Positions 10,818 through 20,454 of a stretch of 64,000 nt of DNA are shown piece after piece; position 1 is the stretch's first letter; the number at the start of each line of letters is the position of its first letter. Origin of the DNA: Syntrophales bacterium. GTDB taxonomy: Bacteria; Desulfobacterota; Syntrophia; Syntrophales; PHBD01. The stretch covers positions 2,784,001 through 2,848,000 of the forward strand of contig OY764159.1 in the NCBI GenBank assembly GCA_963668175.1. The letters are read 5' to 3'. The notes under the pieces are model-generated. The model was not told where the DNA came from. It saw only the letters and a program-made list of their open reading frames with translations, and did no database searches. The translations under genes were made by a program, and so were the position numbers.

Positions 10818-11517
10818 CGGTCGTTCAATGCCCGTTGCAGGTATGAGTGCCTTACCCGGAAAGGGGAATATCCGTGAGAATGTCCGGGGGGAACGCGAAG
10901 AGTGGCTGAGAAGACTGCAGGAGGAAGAGATGAGGCTTTCTTTCAATCCGGAGATGTTCTGTAACGTAATCCAACGGCGTGTCTCTTTCTGTATAGCCGT
11001 TCATACCGGTATTATCGCAGCGGCGGTGCCCGATTACATCTCTTGGACATCCCGCTTTCCTCATATTTTACCATAGAGGAATACTGGATTCTATATTTAT
11101 TTGAGAAGCTTATTGAATGACTGCCGAAAATGGGGGCCGCAACGAACGGTCGCCGGGTGTGGGCGGATGTCCGCGCCGGCCGCCGAACGGTCGCCAGACG
11201 CCGGGGCGGTTTCTGAGGGTGCTAATTACATTTGAATAATCAGGATATTAGACTGAACTCCCGTTTGCGCGACGCAAGGTAAAAGAAACCCCGGAATCCC
11301 CCATCCAATGCGGCTTTCCCGGCCTTGCCTCTCCGTTGCCATGCCTGTAAAGCGATTGGCCGGCCGCTTTCAAACAAATATTTAAACGCCTTTGAACGTT
11401 TTGTTTAAAAAACGGTGAAAAAAAGGGTGCGAAACGCAGATCGCGCCGGAGAGGCAATCGAATATACCATAATTAATACGGCATGTTGTATGCGTGCACT
11501 AGGCGCACGGATTACTT

Positions 11518-11533
11518 TGGCACGCCTTTTGAA
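11518..11533 (+). promoter_or_regulatory. Possible sigma-54 promoter
   Basis: TGGCAC-N5-TTGAA: perfect -24, imperfect -12, about 60 bp before 11597. Confidence 0.4.
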
Positions 11534-11596
11534 AGAGTAAAAGTCAAAAGAGAAAAAAAGCCCAAAGGGCTATAAACCTAAAGGAGGATACAGATC

Positions 11597-11872
11597 ATGA
11601 AAAAGAGAATTCAAACCTTGTTGGTTTCGGTGTTCGTCGTCCTGACAACGGCTACTTTCGGTTACGCGGAATTTTCCGCCACGGGCGCGGGGAGCTTCCC
11701 CTTCTTCCAGCTCGGATGCCTCATCGTCGGCGGCATGACGATCATCTCCCTCAAACACAAATATGAAAAAATGTACACCAACGAAGCGGTCGGCGCCTTC
11801 GCCCTGTACGCGGTCCTCGTCGCCCTCTTCACGAACCCCGTCATCGACGCCCTGAAGAACCTGGTTGGTTGA
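11597..11872 (+). CDS. Small membrane protein
   Basis: RBS aaggagg; signal-like N-terminus plus two hydrophobic segments. Confidence 0.75.
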   Translation: MKKRIQTLLVSVFVVLTTATFGYAEFSATGAGSFPFFQLGCLIVGGMTIISLKHKYEKMYTNEAVGAFALYAVLVALFTNPVIDALKNLVG

Positions 11873-11909
11873 TTGAAATCATCATACGGATGGAAAGGAG
11901 GATACGGCC

Positions 11910-12146
11910 ATGGCAGCAACGACTCTGAATCATAAAACGATAGGCGACCTGAAAAAAGTCCTGTCGGTCAGCGCGTGGGGATTCTCGATCGTGATCGTCT
12001 CCTTCCTGTTCCTCTACGTCGGCCTGAAGCTGGACGAATGGCTGGGGACGGCCCCGAACTTCATGTTCGGCCTCTTCTTCCTGGCCCTGGTCACAACGGT
12101 CGGCCGCCTCTACCAGGAGGCCTGGCACCACCGCAAGACGATGTAG
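11910..12146 (+). CDS. AtpZ/AtpI (ATPase gene 1)-family membrane protein
   Basis: Motif G-x-x-LD-x-WLGT-x-P-x-F between two TM helices; RBS aggagg. Confidence 0.75.
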   Translation: MAATTLNHKTIGDLKKVLSVSAWGFSIVIVSFLFLYVGLKLDEWLGTAPNFMFGLFFLALVTTVGRLYQEAWHHRKTM

Positions 12147-12191
12147 CAGGGATCATCCGGACGCGGATTAATAGAATCTGTGTTCCCCTTT

Positions 12192-12234
12192 AAAAGCCCC
12201 CTTAAACCCGCAACCGGGTGAGGGGGCTTTTTTT
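12192..12234 (+). terminator. Rho-independent terminator
   Basis: aaaagccccct…agggggctttt followed by a T-run after 12146. Confidence 0.75.
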
Positions 12235-12449
12235 ATCCTATAATCTTTCCTGCCCGCTGTTCCCGTCCGCTGCCGATTCATGACGAGCGCATGGTTCGGC
12301 CCCGGCGTCCGCATTGGAAGTTCCGAAAACCTCCGATCACAATCAAAACTTAAAAAACGAAAAGCGAGGGAAGAAAATCGTAATACATGGTCATTTAGTT
12401 ACGGTCCGAATATATAAGCAAGTAATTACCATATTATGCTATATAAAGA

Positions 12450-12478
12450 TTGACAATATAACTATTATCCTCTATAAT
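12450..12478 (+). promoter_or_regulatory. Consensus sigma-70 promoter of effector/immunity block 1
   Basis: TTGACA-17 bp-TATAAT, exact consensus, upstream of 12594. Confidence 0.8.
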
Positions 12479-12593
12479 ATCGGTACGATAAAACACCTGA
12501 GCAAAATAGCAGGAAAGGCGTTCGGAACGATTCGTGTGATGAAGAGAGACGCAAGTTGAGGGAAAGGGTTCGGTCAGCGAAAGGCGATAAACG

Positions 12594-13148
12594 ATGAATT
12601 CTAAATTGAAGCGGCTGTTTGCATGGAAAAATCGAATTCTTAAGGGTTTCACGCTCTGGCCGACCATTGTGGTGCTATTGTATTTTTTAGAGAGGTGGGT
12701 TTTTTATTATCACGACTATGATTTTTTATTATTTGTCATATTTCTGTTCATATTTCCGGCAGTCTGTTTTATTTGTGCGCTGGTGTTGCTCGTAGTGAGA
12801 AAACCAAAGTCATCTTTATCCTTTCTTACACCCGCGTTGCTTGTGGTCTTTATGTTTTCTTCGTGGGGCGATCCTGTCAGAGATAATTACTACGCTTCAC
12901 GCCACTATGTTGAATTCCAAATCCAGAAAAGATTCTATTTCCCGGAGATGAACGAACCCGATAAGCTGCCCCCTTACAAAGAATGGCCTCTTAACAAGGC
13001 ACGGAGAACTTCAGAGTATACCATCATCTATAATTTGAAAGACTCTGTCGACGAAATAGAAAGACATAAGAAGTACATCAAGAATGGCTGCGGCTACAAT
13101 GTGACTGGAGTCGGCAAACACTTTTATATGCTGGCAGAATGTAAATAG
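12594..13148 (+). CDS. Membrane protein, putative immunity protein (copy 1)
   Basis: Three hydrophobic segments plus a soluble C-terminal domain; paralog of 13285..13862; sits directly before an effector stub. Confidence 0.7.
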   Translation: MNSKLKRLFAWKNRILKGFTLWPTIVVLLYFLERWVFYYHDYDFLLFVIFLFIFPAVCFICALVLLVVRKPKSSLSFLTPALLVVFMFSSWGDPVRDNYYASRHYVEFQIQKRFYFPEMNEPDKLPPYKEWPLNKARRTSEYTIIYNLKDSVDEIERHKKYIKNGCGYNVTGVGKHFYMLAECK

Positions 13149-13176
13149 AATGACAGAATAAAAGGAGGGCTGGAAG

Positions 13177-13281
13177 ATGGGACGGTACGGAACAGATCAT
13201 TTCTTTGTTAAAGATGAAGACAAAAAGGAAGTTGCGGCAAAGTATCTTAAAGACGCAAATGCACTCTGCGAAAGGCGATAA
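13177..13281 (+). pseudogene. Truncated 5' stub of effector E1 (MGRYGTDHFFVKDEDKKEVAAKYLKDAN…)
   Basis: First 28 codons are nearly identical to 13894.., same RBS; it ends at the duplication junction. Confidence 0.8.
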
Positions 13282-13284
13282 ACG

Positions 13285-13862
13285 ATGACTTCTAAATTGA
13301 GGCGTCTGTTTGCATGGAAAAATCGAATTCTTAAGGGTTTCACGCTTTGGCCGACCATCGTGATGTTGTCGTTTCTCTTGGAAGAGTGGGTATTTTATTA
13401 TCGCGACATTTATGATATCGGAATTCCTTTAGTCGTTATATTGGTGTTAATATTCCCGGCAGTCTGTTTTATTTGGGCGCTGGTTTTGCTCGGAAGAAAA
13501 AAAAACCGAAGTCGTCTTTATCCTTTCTTACCCCGGCATTGCCTCTGGTCTTTTTTTTATTTTCTCCATGGAGTGATCCTGTCAGAGATATTTTCTCCGA
13601 TTCGCGCCACTATGTTGAATTCCAAATCCAGAAAAGCTTTTATTTCCCGGAAATGAACGAACCCGATAAGCTGCCTCCCTACAAAGAATGGCTTATCAAA
13701 GAGCGTCATAATGTCTCTACGTATTCAATCGTTTACGATTCAAATGACTCCCTGAATGAGAGAGAAAAGAAAAAAGCAGAATTGCATGGCCCTCAACAAT
13801 GGGGTTACAGCATAAAGAAAGTTGGCAAACACTTCTACATGCTGCATGAATTTTATTATTAA
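13285..13862 (+). pseudogene. Putative immunity protein copy 2, frameshifted in an A9 tract
   Basis: ORFs 13285..13656 and 13473..13862 together align with 12594..13148; the frame changes at the A-run 13497-13505. Confidence 0.8.
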
Positions 13863-13893
13863 AACTGTTTTAAATTAGAAGGAGGGCTGGAAG

Positions 13894-15174
13894 ATGGGTA
13901 GGTACGGAACAGATCATTTCTTTGTTAAAGATGCAAACAAAAAGGACGTTGCGGCAAAGTATCTTAAAGACGCAAATGGAGACTATATTATGAACCGTTC
14001 AACCGGGCGGCCGTATGTCGTCCCGGCCGATTTTAATTTGGACGCAGTGATTGCAAAATACGAAGTCGATCCTCGGACGCTTCCCGATCTGGAAACAAGT
14101 ATGCAAGCACGCGGGGCGTCTTATGCAAAATTGTATGAGAATTTTCAACGCGGGCGGCCGGACGACTTGCAGAGATCCTATAATGGGAAAGTTGACGCCA
14201 CTTGGGTCAAGGACTTTCAGCCGGCAGCCAGCTACGTGTTCGGCGCGGCATGCGCCGCAGCAGGCTTACCCTTGTGGCAATGCAAAGCGGGCGGGGGGGG
14301 CTATAATCTTGGAACGAAAATCTTTGGAGATGGCCCCAAGAATAAAACGTCCGGCGAATTTGGCAACAATCCGGACAATGTTCAACACATCGAACAGGGC
14401 TACCGCAGTCAAACGTCTCCAGATGCTCCAAAGACGACCGGGAAATATGTTCCGGTGGAGGGGGGCGGCATCGATGCGGCGGTCAAAGCCGGGATCTATG
14501 CAGTCGAACCGGGCAATGTCCTTGGCGATATCGCAGCCAAATTTCATACCACCGTTCAAAAAATCATGGAGGCGAATCCCGATATCAAGAATCCGGATTC
14601 GATCCGCCCCGGACAGCGAATCGTATTGCCGAAAGACGACCCCTCCGGCCCCGCCGACAACAAGAAGGACCCCGATCCCGACCGGCAGGGCGCGACAGAC
14701 AAGGGAACGATCAATTCGCAACATAGCCAAAGCATCATCCATGATGGCGGGTTCACACAGATCGCCTCAAGCGCCGGCCCGGATGTTAGCGATAACACCG
14801 CTGCTTCCGCTCCTGCCGATGATGCGCCGGCGGGCTTTCCCGATGCTCCGTTGCGGCATGCGCTGGATGCGCTGGGCGTGAAGCCCCGCGATGTGCAATT
14901 CACCCCGGCGGAGGCGGACGATGAGAAAGAGACGCCGGACTCTTTCGACATCAGAGATAACGACACAGCGGAAAAAATCGGCTCTTATGCGGGAACCCCC
15001 ACCGGCTGCGAAATGACCGTGGGCGACAGGAAGGTCGTAATGGACCGGATGAGCGGTAATGACATTCACCTGCAAACGTATGCCAAAAACGACGATGGAG
15101 ATTTTGAACTCGTTGGGACAACGCGAATCGGCGACAACGACGGGATTACCGTGAGAAGGCCTTTTGCCGCATAG
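13894..15174 (+). CDS. Putative effector E1: possible Ntox44-like N-terminal domain, LysM, conserved C-terminal domain
   Basis: No signal peptide; LysM YAVEPGNVLGDIAAKFHTTVQKIMEANPDIKNPDSIRPGQRIVLP; shared C-terminal domain at 14848-15174. Confidence 0.8.
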   Translation: MGRYGTDHFFVKDANKKDVAAKYLKDANGDYIMNRSTGRPYVVPADFNLDAVIAKYEVDPRTLPDLETSMQARGASYAKLYENFQRGRPDDLQRSYNGKVDATWVKDFQPAASYVFGAACAAAGLPLWQCKAGGGGYNLGTKIFGDGPKNKTSGEFGNNPDNVQHIEQGYRSQTSPDAPKTTGKYVPVEGGGIDAAVKAGIYAVEPGNVLGDIAAKFHTTVQKIMEANPDIKNPDSIRPGQRIVLPKDDPSGPADNKKDPDPDRQGATDKGTINSQHSQSIIHDGGFTQIASSAGPDVSDNTAASAPADDAPAGFPDAPLRHALDALGVKPRDVQFTPAEADDEKETPDSFDIRDNDTAEKIGSYAGTPTGCEMTVGDRKVVMDRMSGNDIHLQTYAKNDDGDFELVGTTRIGDNDGITVRRPFAA

Positions 15175-15333
15175 TGCCGCGTCGTCCGGCGGACGCCGCC
15201 GGGCGGCGCACGGCAACGCCATGGCCGGTTAGCGGTTTTCCCCATTTGGGATACCCGGACGGCGGATGAAAGGAACCCGGGCCGGAAAAAAAGTGACGAG
15301 AGCGTGCAGGATACTAACTTTCGGAGGTGGAAG

Positions 15334-16179
15334 ATGGGACGTTTGAGGATGCCGGCCATATGCGCAGTAGCGCTTTTCATGACGATGTTGTTGTATTCGA
15401 CGGCGTCGGCCGCAGGCACCGACGTCGTTTACGTTGCGAAAGACATCGAATACGTCGGGAAAAAGACGTTACCTCTGCAGGAGGTCTTCGGCACGCCGGA
15501 GCCGTGGCATGTTACGGTCCAGGAAGATAAGGATATCGACGAATGGGATTACTTCATGGATCCCAAGGCCACGGACAGACCGGCGCGAATATGTTTCTGG
15601 GCCGATCCGGATAAGAAAGATCGGAAATGCGAAATTGCTGCGTTGAAATTATGCTTTCGTACCCCAAAGGGTCTCTCGTGCGAACCCACCTATACGTTCC
15701 AGTTTTTTGAGGACATGAAAGTTATCGATCTGAAAAAGGCCGGAAAGCCCCGCCAGGGCATTCTCTTTACCATAGTAAATAGAGGATATCACCTTAGCTG
15801 GGCGAGGCATCGACATCTCACCCTTTTCTCCATATGGGTTTACGACGAGAAAAAAGAAGCTTTCAAGAGAGCCCTTGAAGTCGCGCTCACGGAGCAGGGA
15901 GAGTTTAAATACGAGTTTCCCCCCTCCGCCAAGCTGGATGGCATCGCCGTCGGCGCCGACTTCTTTTGGGACATGAGCGATCCTGATGAGCATCGTTATG
16001 GTAAGCATTGGTATATCATCGAAATTTACAGATTGATGGGGAAGGGAATCTACAAATGGATCGGCGCGTATAGGACAGACAAAAAATACCAGAGTATGGC
16101 CGATAGCGAAGACAGTGTTATTGAACAGGAACTTGGCATCATCAGGAAGGTTGTAAGGAAAAAAGCAAAACAGAAATAG
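15334..16179 (+). CDS. Exported protein, putative immunity for E2
   Basis: RBS ggagg, Sec signal ending …STASA; stop lies 9 bp before E2. Confidence 0.7.
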   Translation: MGRLRMPAICAVALFMTMLLYSTASAAGTDVVYVAKDIEYVGKKTLPLQEVFGTPEPWHVTVQEDKDIDEWDYFMDPKATDRPARICFWADPDKKDRKCEIAALKLCFRTPKGLSCEPTYTFQFFEDMKVIDLKKAGKPRQGILFTIVNRGYHLSWARHRHLTLFSIWVYDEKKEAFKRALEVALTEQGEFKYEFPPSAKLDGIAVGADFFWDMSDPDEHRYGKHWYIIEIYRLMGKGIYKWIGAYRTDKKYQSMADSEDSVIEQELGIIRKVVRKKAKQK

Positions 16180-16188
16180 GAGTGAGAA

Positions 16189-17355
16189 ATGACAAGCAGC
16201 GAGTTCAAGCCGAGCAAATTCAAGGCAGAGGGAATTGAGGGGAACAGTATTGCAACATACTATGACTATGAGAACGGAACGAAACTGGAGATAAAGGGCG
16301 CGGTTCCTGCGGTGCGCTTTAATAACCCGGGCAATATCGCCTGCAATGATCTCAACGATAAGACGGGAAGATGGGTTTCAAGTCAGGGAGCGATCGGTTG
16401 CGCGCAAGGCCGGGCCGTCTTCCCGGACGTCGAGACGGGTTCTCAAGCGATGAGGAACAACCTTGAACGTAAATTTGGGGATTATACGGTTCGCGACATG
16501 CTCTTCGGCGAATACGAATACAACTATGGTCCCGATAAAGTGACACCCGTCAGCATCAAGAAAACGATCAGAGCCGGATACTGCCCCGAGTGGTACCCGG
16601 ACAAGAAGGGAGTCCTTCGGCGTCAGGATACGGAGTCTTACGCGCGGCTTCTCGAAAAGGGTTCCGATGCCAAGGAGACCGACGACCTCAAATCGTAGCC
16701 TATCAACGAACTCGGCAGCAAAATATTCGAGAAGGTTATTCAGAAGATGAAGACGCACGAAGGCTTCTTCAGCCCGCGTAATCAGGGAACGAAAACGTTT
16801 TACGAAAAAGATGGAAAAGTCATCAAACTGAACGAACTGGATAAGAATCTTCGGGAGGGCATTACTCCGGAAAAACCGACCATGATAGCGTATGCCAACG
16901 GCGTGCATACCGATGCGCCCGACGCGGGGAAGACTCTTGAGAATGTTGAAGCAGGATTATCTGGAAAACTGTTGCCCGCAAATATCGACACGGATGGAAC
17001 GGCCGGTTTGCTCGACGCCCCGAATGCTCCGTTGCGGCACGCGATGGCTGCTCTGGGATTGAAGCCCGAAGAAGTGCATATAACCCCGGCGGAGGCGGAC
17101 GATGAGAAGGAGACATCGGAATCCCTCGAGATCAGAGATAACGACACAGCGGAAAAAATCGGCTCTTATGCGGGAACCCCCACCGGTTGCGAAATGACCG
17201 CAGGCGACAGGAAGGTCGTGATGGACCGGATAAGCGGCAGCGACGTCAGCCTGCAAACATACGCCAAAAACGACGAAGGAGAATATGAACTCCTGGGGAC
17301 GACACGAATCGGCGACAACGACGGGGTGACCCTGCGACGGCCGTTTCCGGGATAG
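16189..17355 (+). pseudogene. Putative effector E2 (NNPGNI lysozyme-like domain + conserved C-terminal domain) split by an in-frame TAG at 16696-16698
   Basis: 16189..16698 and 16747..17355 are in the same frame; motif RFNNPGNI…F…G…Y-x-P…SYA…KTHEG spans the stop. Confidence 0.75.
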
Positions 17356-17359
17356 TGTT

Positions 17360-17742
17360 GTGATACAGGCGAATGAAGAGGAGGAAAAAATGGGGCCTGA
17401 AGAGGGAGACAAGACTCAAGAACGCATGAATGGTGAACCAAGGGAAAAAGAAGTCCCCAAAAGGGTTCTTCTAATGTGGAGACTGCTGTTGTTTGCTATC
17501 CTTGCTCTATTGTCATTACTCATGATTCAGATCTTTTATCGGTTCTGGTGTGTATCGATGATACCAACGATAGAGCGACATGACGGGCGATATAGCGGCA
17601 ATCCATGTGAATATGCTAGAGACGTCGGATCACGGACATCGCTTGTATGAAAATTAAGGCACGTATCCAGACGGCTTTAAGGAGTGATCACTTTTATCGA
17701 CAAATCGATCTGCAGTGGTTCGCTATGATGTGCAAAGGATAA
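17360..17742 (+). pseudogene. Decayed paralog of immunity gene 18133..18789
   Basis: Contains MIPTIER (vs MIPKIER), HRLY, and caaatcgatctgcagtggttc identical to the 3' end of 18133..18789; has stops and an internal deletion. Confidence 0.65.
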
Positions 17743-17842
17743 TACATTTTTCGGGTCAAGCAACAATGGTGCATGGGCATGCGTAATCCCGGTCATTGAT
17801 ATTCAGTGTATTGAAGAGAAGATTTAGGAAAGAGTGTAGAAA

Positions 17843-18073
17843 ATGAGTGGAGAGAAACAGACTACCATATGGGAACCAAAAACCTTTGATTGCATCAGAC
17901 AGAACAGTTCTATTTTTAAATCCGTTGCAGAACGGATAGGAATCCCCCCGGAAGCCCTCGCCGGCGCCATGGCAAGAGAGAATAACGCCTATAACCATCA
18001 TAGAGGCCGGGAAATATTCATGGACATATGGGCCTTAAAGTGTGTTCCGAACGTGGCGGCGTCATTTATTTAG
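17843..18073 (+). pseudogene. Truncated stub paralog of effector E3
   Basis: WEPKTFDCIRQNSSIFKSVAERIGIPPEALAGAMARENN matches the E3 N-terminus; ends after 76 aa. Confidence 0.8.
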
Positions 18074-18132
18074 GTTGCGGCAAGGGAGATTCACGGTAGG
18101 AGAAATCATAAAATCTCAGGGATGCCGAAATA

Positions 18133-18789
18133 ATGAAAATGAAGAAATCGCTGAAAGTTGTTCTGCTTTCGATAATAGGGGTCCTTTGGCTGGTCATCGT
18201 GTTGCTGTTGGCGCTTGTGACCGCCGTGGCCGATCATGAGATTGATCTTTACGCATTGTTAAGACCGCTCCCCAGCGATGACGAGATGATCGCGAATTTC
18301 TATGACAATAAGGATGACTTTGAGAAACTTGTCCAAATTTACTACACAGATCCGTCGAATCGATTTTATGGGTCTAAGGCGATGTCTACGCCGGAAGTGA
18401 AAGCCGTCATGAGGCGCGCAAAGGTCTATGGCATAGCAGGCGATGGGGATTTTTGGGTGCCTCCCGACCCTTACAATGAAGAGGCGCGCGATCGGAGTTT
18501 TCGTTCAGGTGAATTAGAAAGGCATCGTGACGGTATCGACTTTCATTACAAACATAAGCGCGTAACAGTCGGAATTGAGAAGTTCGACGATCTGCATAAA
18601 TATTACTATTACGCACCGATGATACCAAAAATAGAGCGCTACCCCGGCGAGCCGTACGATGTATTATTGACGCCTACTCATCATCATCGATTGTATAAAA
18701 GCCTGGACAGGTGGCCTGCCGATCTCCTCCCGCCCGATTGCGTTTACCGGCAAATCGATCTGCAGTGGTTCATTATGGTGTGTCGATAA
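18133..18789 (+). CDS. Membrane-anchored protein, putative immunity for E3
   Basis: N-terminal TM anchor then a soluble domain; directly upstream of E3. Confidence 0.72.
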   Translation: MKMKKSLKVVLLSIIGVLWLVIVLLLALVTAVADHEIDLYALLRPLPSDDEMIANFYDNKDDFEKLVQIYYTDPSNRFYGSKAMSTPEVKAVMRRAKVYGIAGDGDFWVPPDPYNEEARDRSFRSGELERHRDGIDFHYKHKRVTVGIEKFDDLHKYYYYAPMIPKIERYPGEPYDVLLTPTHHHRLYKSLDRWPADLLPPDCVYRQIDLQWFIMVCR

Positions 18790-18876
18790 TAATATTTTCA
18801 GAGCGTGCAACAATGGTTCACGGACATTTGTAAGATAAATTATGACGAAGCGAATTGGATGAAGGAGTTTGGAAAA

Positions 18877-20454
18877 ATGGCCGAAAATGAGAAGTATACC
18901 AAATGGGAACCGAAAACCATGGATTGCATCAGACAAAACAGTTCCATCTTTAAATCCGTTGCCGCCCGGATGGGAATCTCCGCGGAAGCCCTCGCCGGCG
19001 CCATGGCGAAAGAGAACAACCAATACCAACTCAATACAGCGGTGGAAGTATTCAAGGACAGATGGGCTTTAGGAACGATATCCGGTGAAATAGTCGACCA
19101 TGCTCAATGGTCGGCCCAATATGACGCGGTGAAGAAGTCGAACTGGATAGATAACGCAGACAGATTAAGAAAGATAAGAAACCCCATATTGGTTGACCTC
19201 GGCCCTTTCAACCTTCAGGGTGCAACCGCCATCCGGGCCTTGATTAGATATATCCAAGCCAATCCCCATTCGGATCCTTTTGATCTGAAACAGTATCAGG
19301 GAGACTATGCAAAATTCCTGTCCACCATAGCAGGTCCCGATGCGGCGCCGTGGAATACTCTGAACGCCGAAGAGAGCGTAAGGGTGAATGCAATCGTCTG
19401 GGGCATGCAGATAAAACAAGCCCAGGACTGGTTCGAAAAGAAGAAACGGGGCGACGAGCGGTTCGCTAAACTTTGGGACGGGAAGCCGCAGAAGGAAAAA
19501 GACGCATTCTACGCGCAGTGGTGCTTTTTCGGACCTCGAAAAATGGAAGAGAGGTTCGTGGATAATATTAACGACAGCAAGCATCGTGGGACATACAAAC
19601 CGGAACTCGGTGAAGGCGGTTCGGACGTTCATAAGAATGCGGGGGCTATCGGGATCGCGATGGACAATTTCGGCTACGCGGCTGAAGGCCAGAATTCAGA
19701 CTCGGAAAAGACGGCATCCGCCGCCGGCGCTCCCGCCTCCCCATCCAACGCACGTATTACATATAACACCGACGGCACGGTCACCGTCAACAAGGGCGGC
19801 ACGCTCTGGGAAATCTGCGAAGAGCAGAGGAAAAAGGGCAATCCGATCACCCCCGACGATTTGAGGTTGAAAAACAAGAACATCGAGGATGTGGACGATA
19901 CGAGGATTCCCGTCGGCACGAAATTGGTCATTCCCAGACGCCAAGAAGCTGACTCCGCCATTAGCACTGGCGACAAATCTAACGCCGCTGACTATCAGGG
20001 CCATCGTGAAGATCGTAGAAATCTTTTCGGCGGCAGCGATTCAAGCCGCGGAGATATTTACAATACGATTGAAAATGAAGATGACAATCCCCGGGTCATC
20101 TCTAGTGACCCTTCCGTCAGTTCTCCATTGCAGCACGTAATGGATGCGCTGGGAGTGGCGTCCAAAGATGTGCATTTAATCCCGGACGGGGACAATGAAA
20201 ATCCAATGCCGGGGTCCTACAGCATTATGGATAAGAGTACATCGAAAGAAATCGGTTCTTGTTTGATGACTACGACCGGTTGCGAAATGACCGCAGGCGA
20301 CAGGAAGGTCGTGATGGATAAGATAAGCGGCAACGACGTCAGCCTGCAAACATACGCCAAAAACGACGAAGGAGAATATGAACTCCTGGGGACGACACGA
20401 ATCGGCGACAACGACGGGATTACCGTGAGAAGGCCTTTTGCAGGGCTAGCCTGA
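18877..20454 (+). CDS. Putative effector E3: lysozyme-like N-terminus, LysM-like domain, conserved C-terminal domain
   Basis: RBS aaggag; ALAGAMAKEN…DLGPFNLQ lysozyme-like spacing; GGTLWEIC…IPVGTKLVIP; shared C-terminal domain at 20125-20454. Confidence 0.8.
   Translation: MAENEKYTKWEPKTMDCIRQNSSIFKSVAARMGISAEALAGAMAKENNQYQLNTAVEVFKDRWALGTISGEIVDHAQWSAQYDAVKKSNWIDNADRLRKIRNPILVDLGPFNLQGATAIRALIRYIQANPHSDPFDLKQYQGDYAKFLSTIAGPDAAPWNTLNAEESVRVNAIVWGMQIKQAQDWFEKKKRGDERFAKLWDGKPQKEKDAFYAQWCFFGPRKMEERFVDNINDSKHRGTYKPELGEGGSDVHKNAGAIGIAMDNFGYAAEGQNSDSEKTASAAGAPASPSNARITYNTDGTVTVNKGGTLWEICEEQRKKGNPITPDDLRLKNKNIEDVDDTRIPVGTKLVIPRRQEADSAISTGDKSNAADYQGHREDRRNLFGGSDSSRGDIYNTIENEDDNPRVISSDPSVSSPLQHVMDALGVASKDVHLIPDGDNENPMPGSYSIMDKSTSKEIGSCLMTTTGCEMTAGDRKVVMDKISGNDVSLQTYAKNDEGEYELLGTTRIGDNDGITVRRPFAGLA

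Larger units (their letters stand above)
12577..13978 (+). repeat. Tandem duplication of immunity gene + effector 5' end (about 12577-13261 and 13268-13978)
   Basis: Both units begin gcgaaaggcgataaacgatga and run into ggagggctggaagatggg…aaagacgcaaatg. Confidence 0.85.

Noticed and set aside
14848..15174. Direct assignment of the shared domain as XVIPCD, RHS, RTX or T9SS CTD
   Set aside because: Diagnostic motifs are not visible; only the architecture is analogous to XVIPCD systems.
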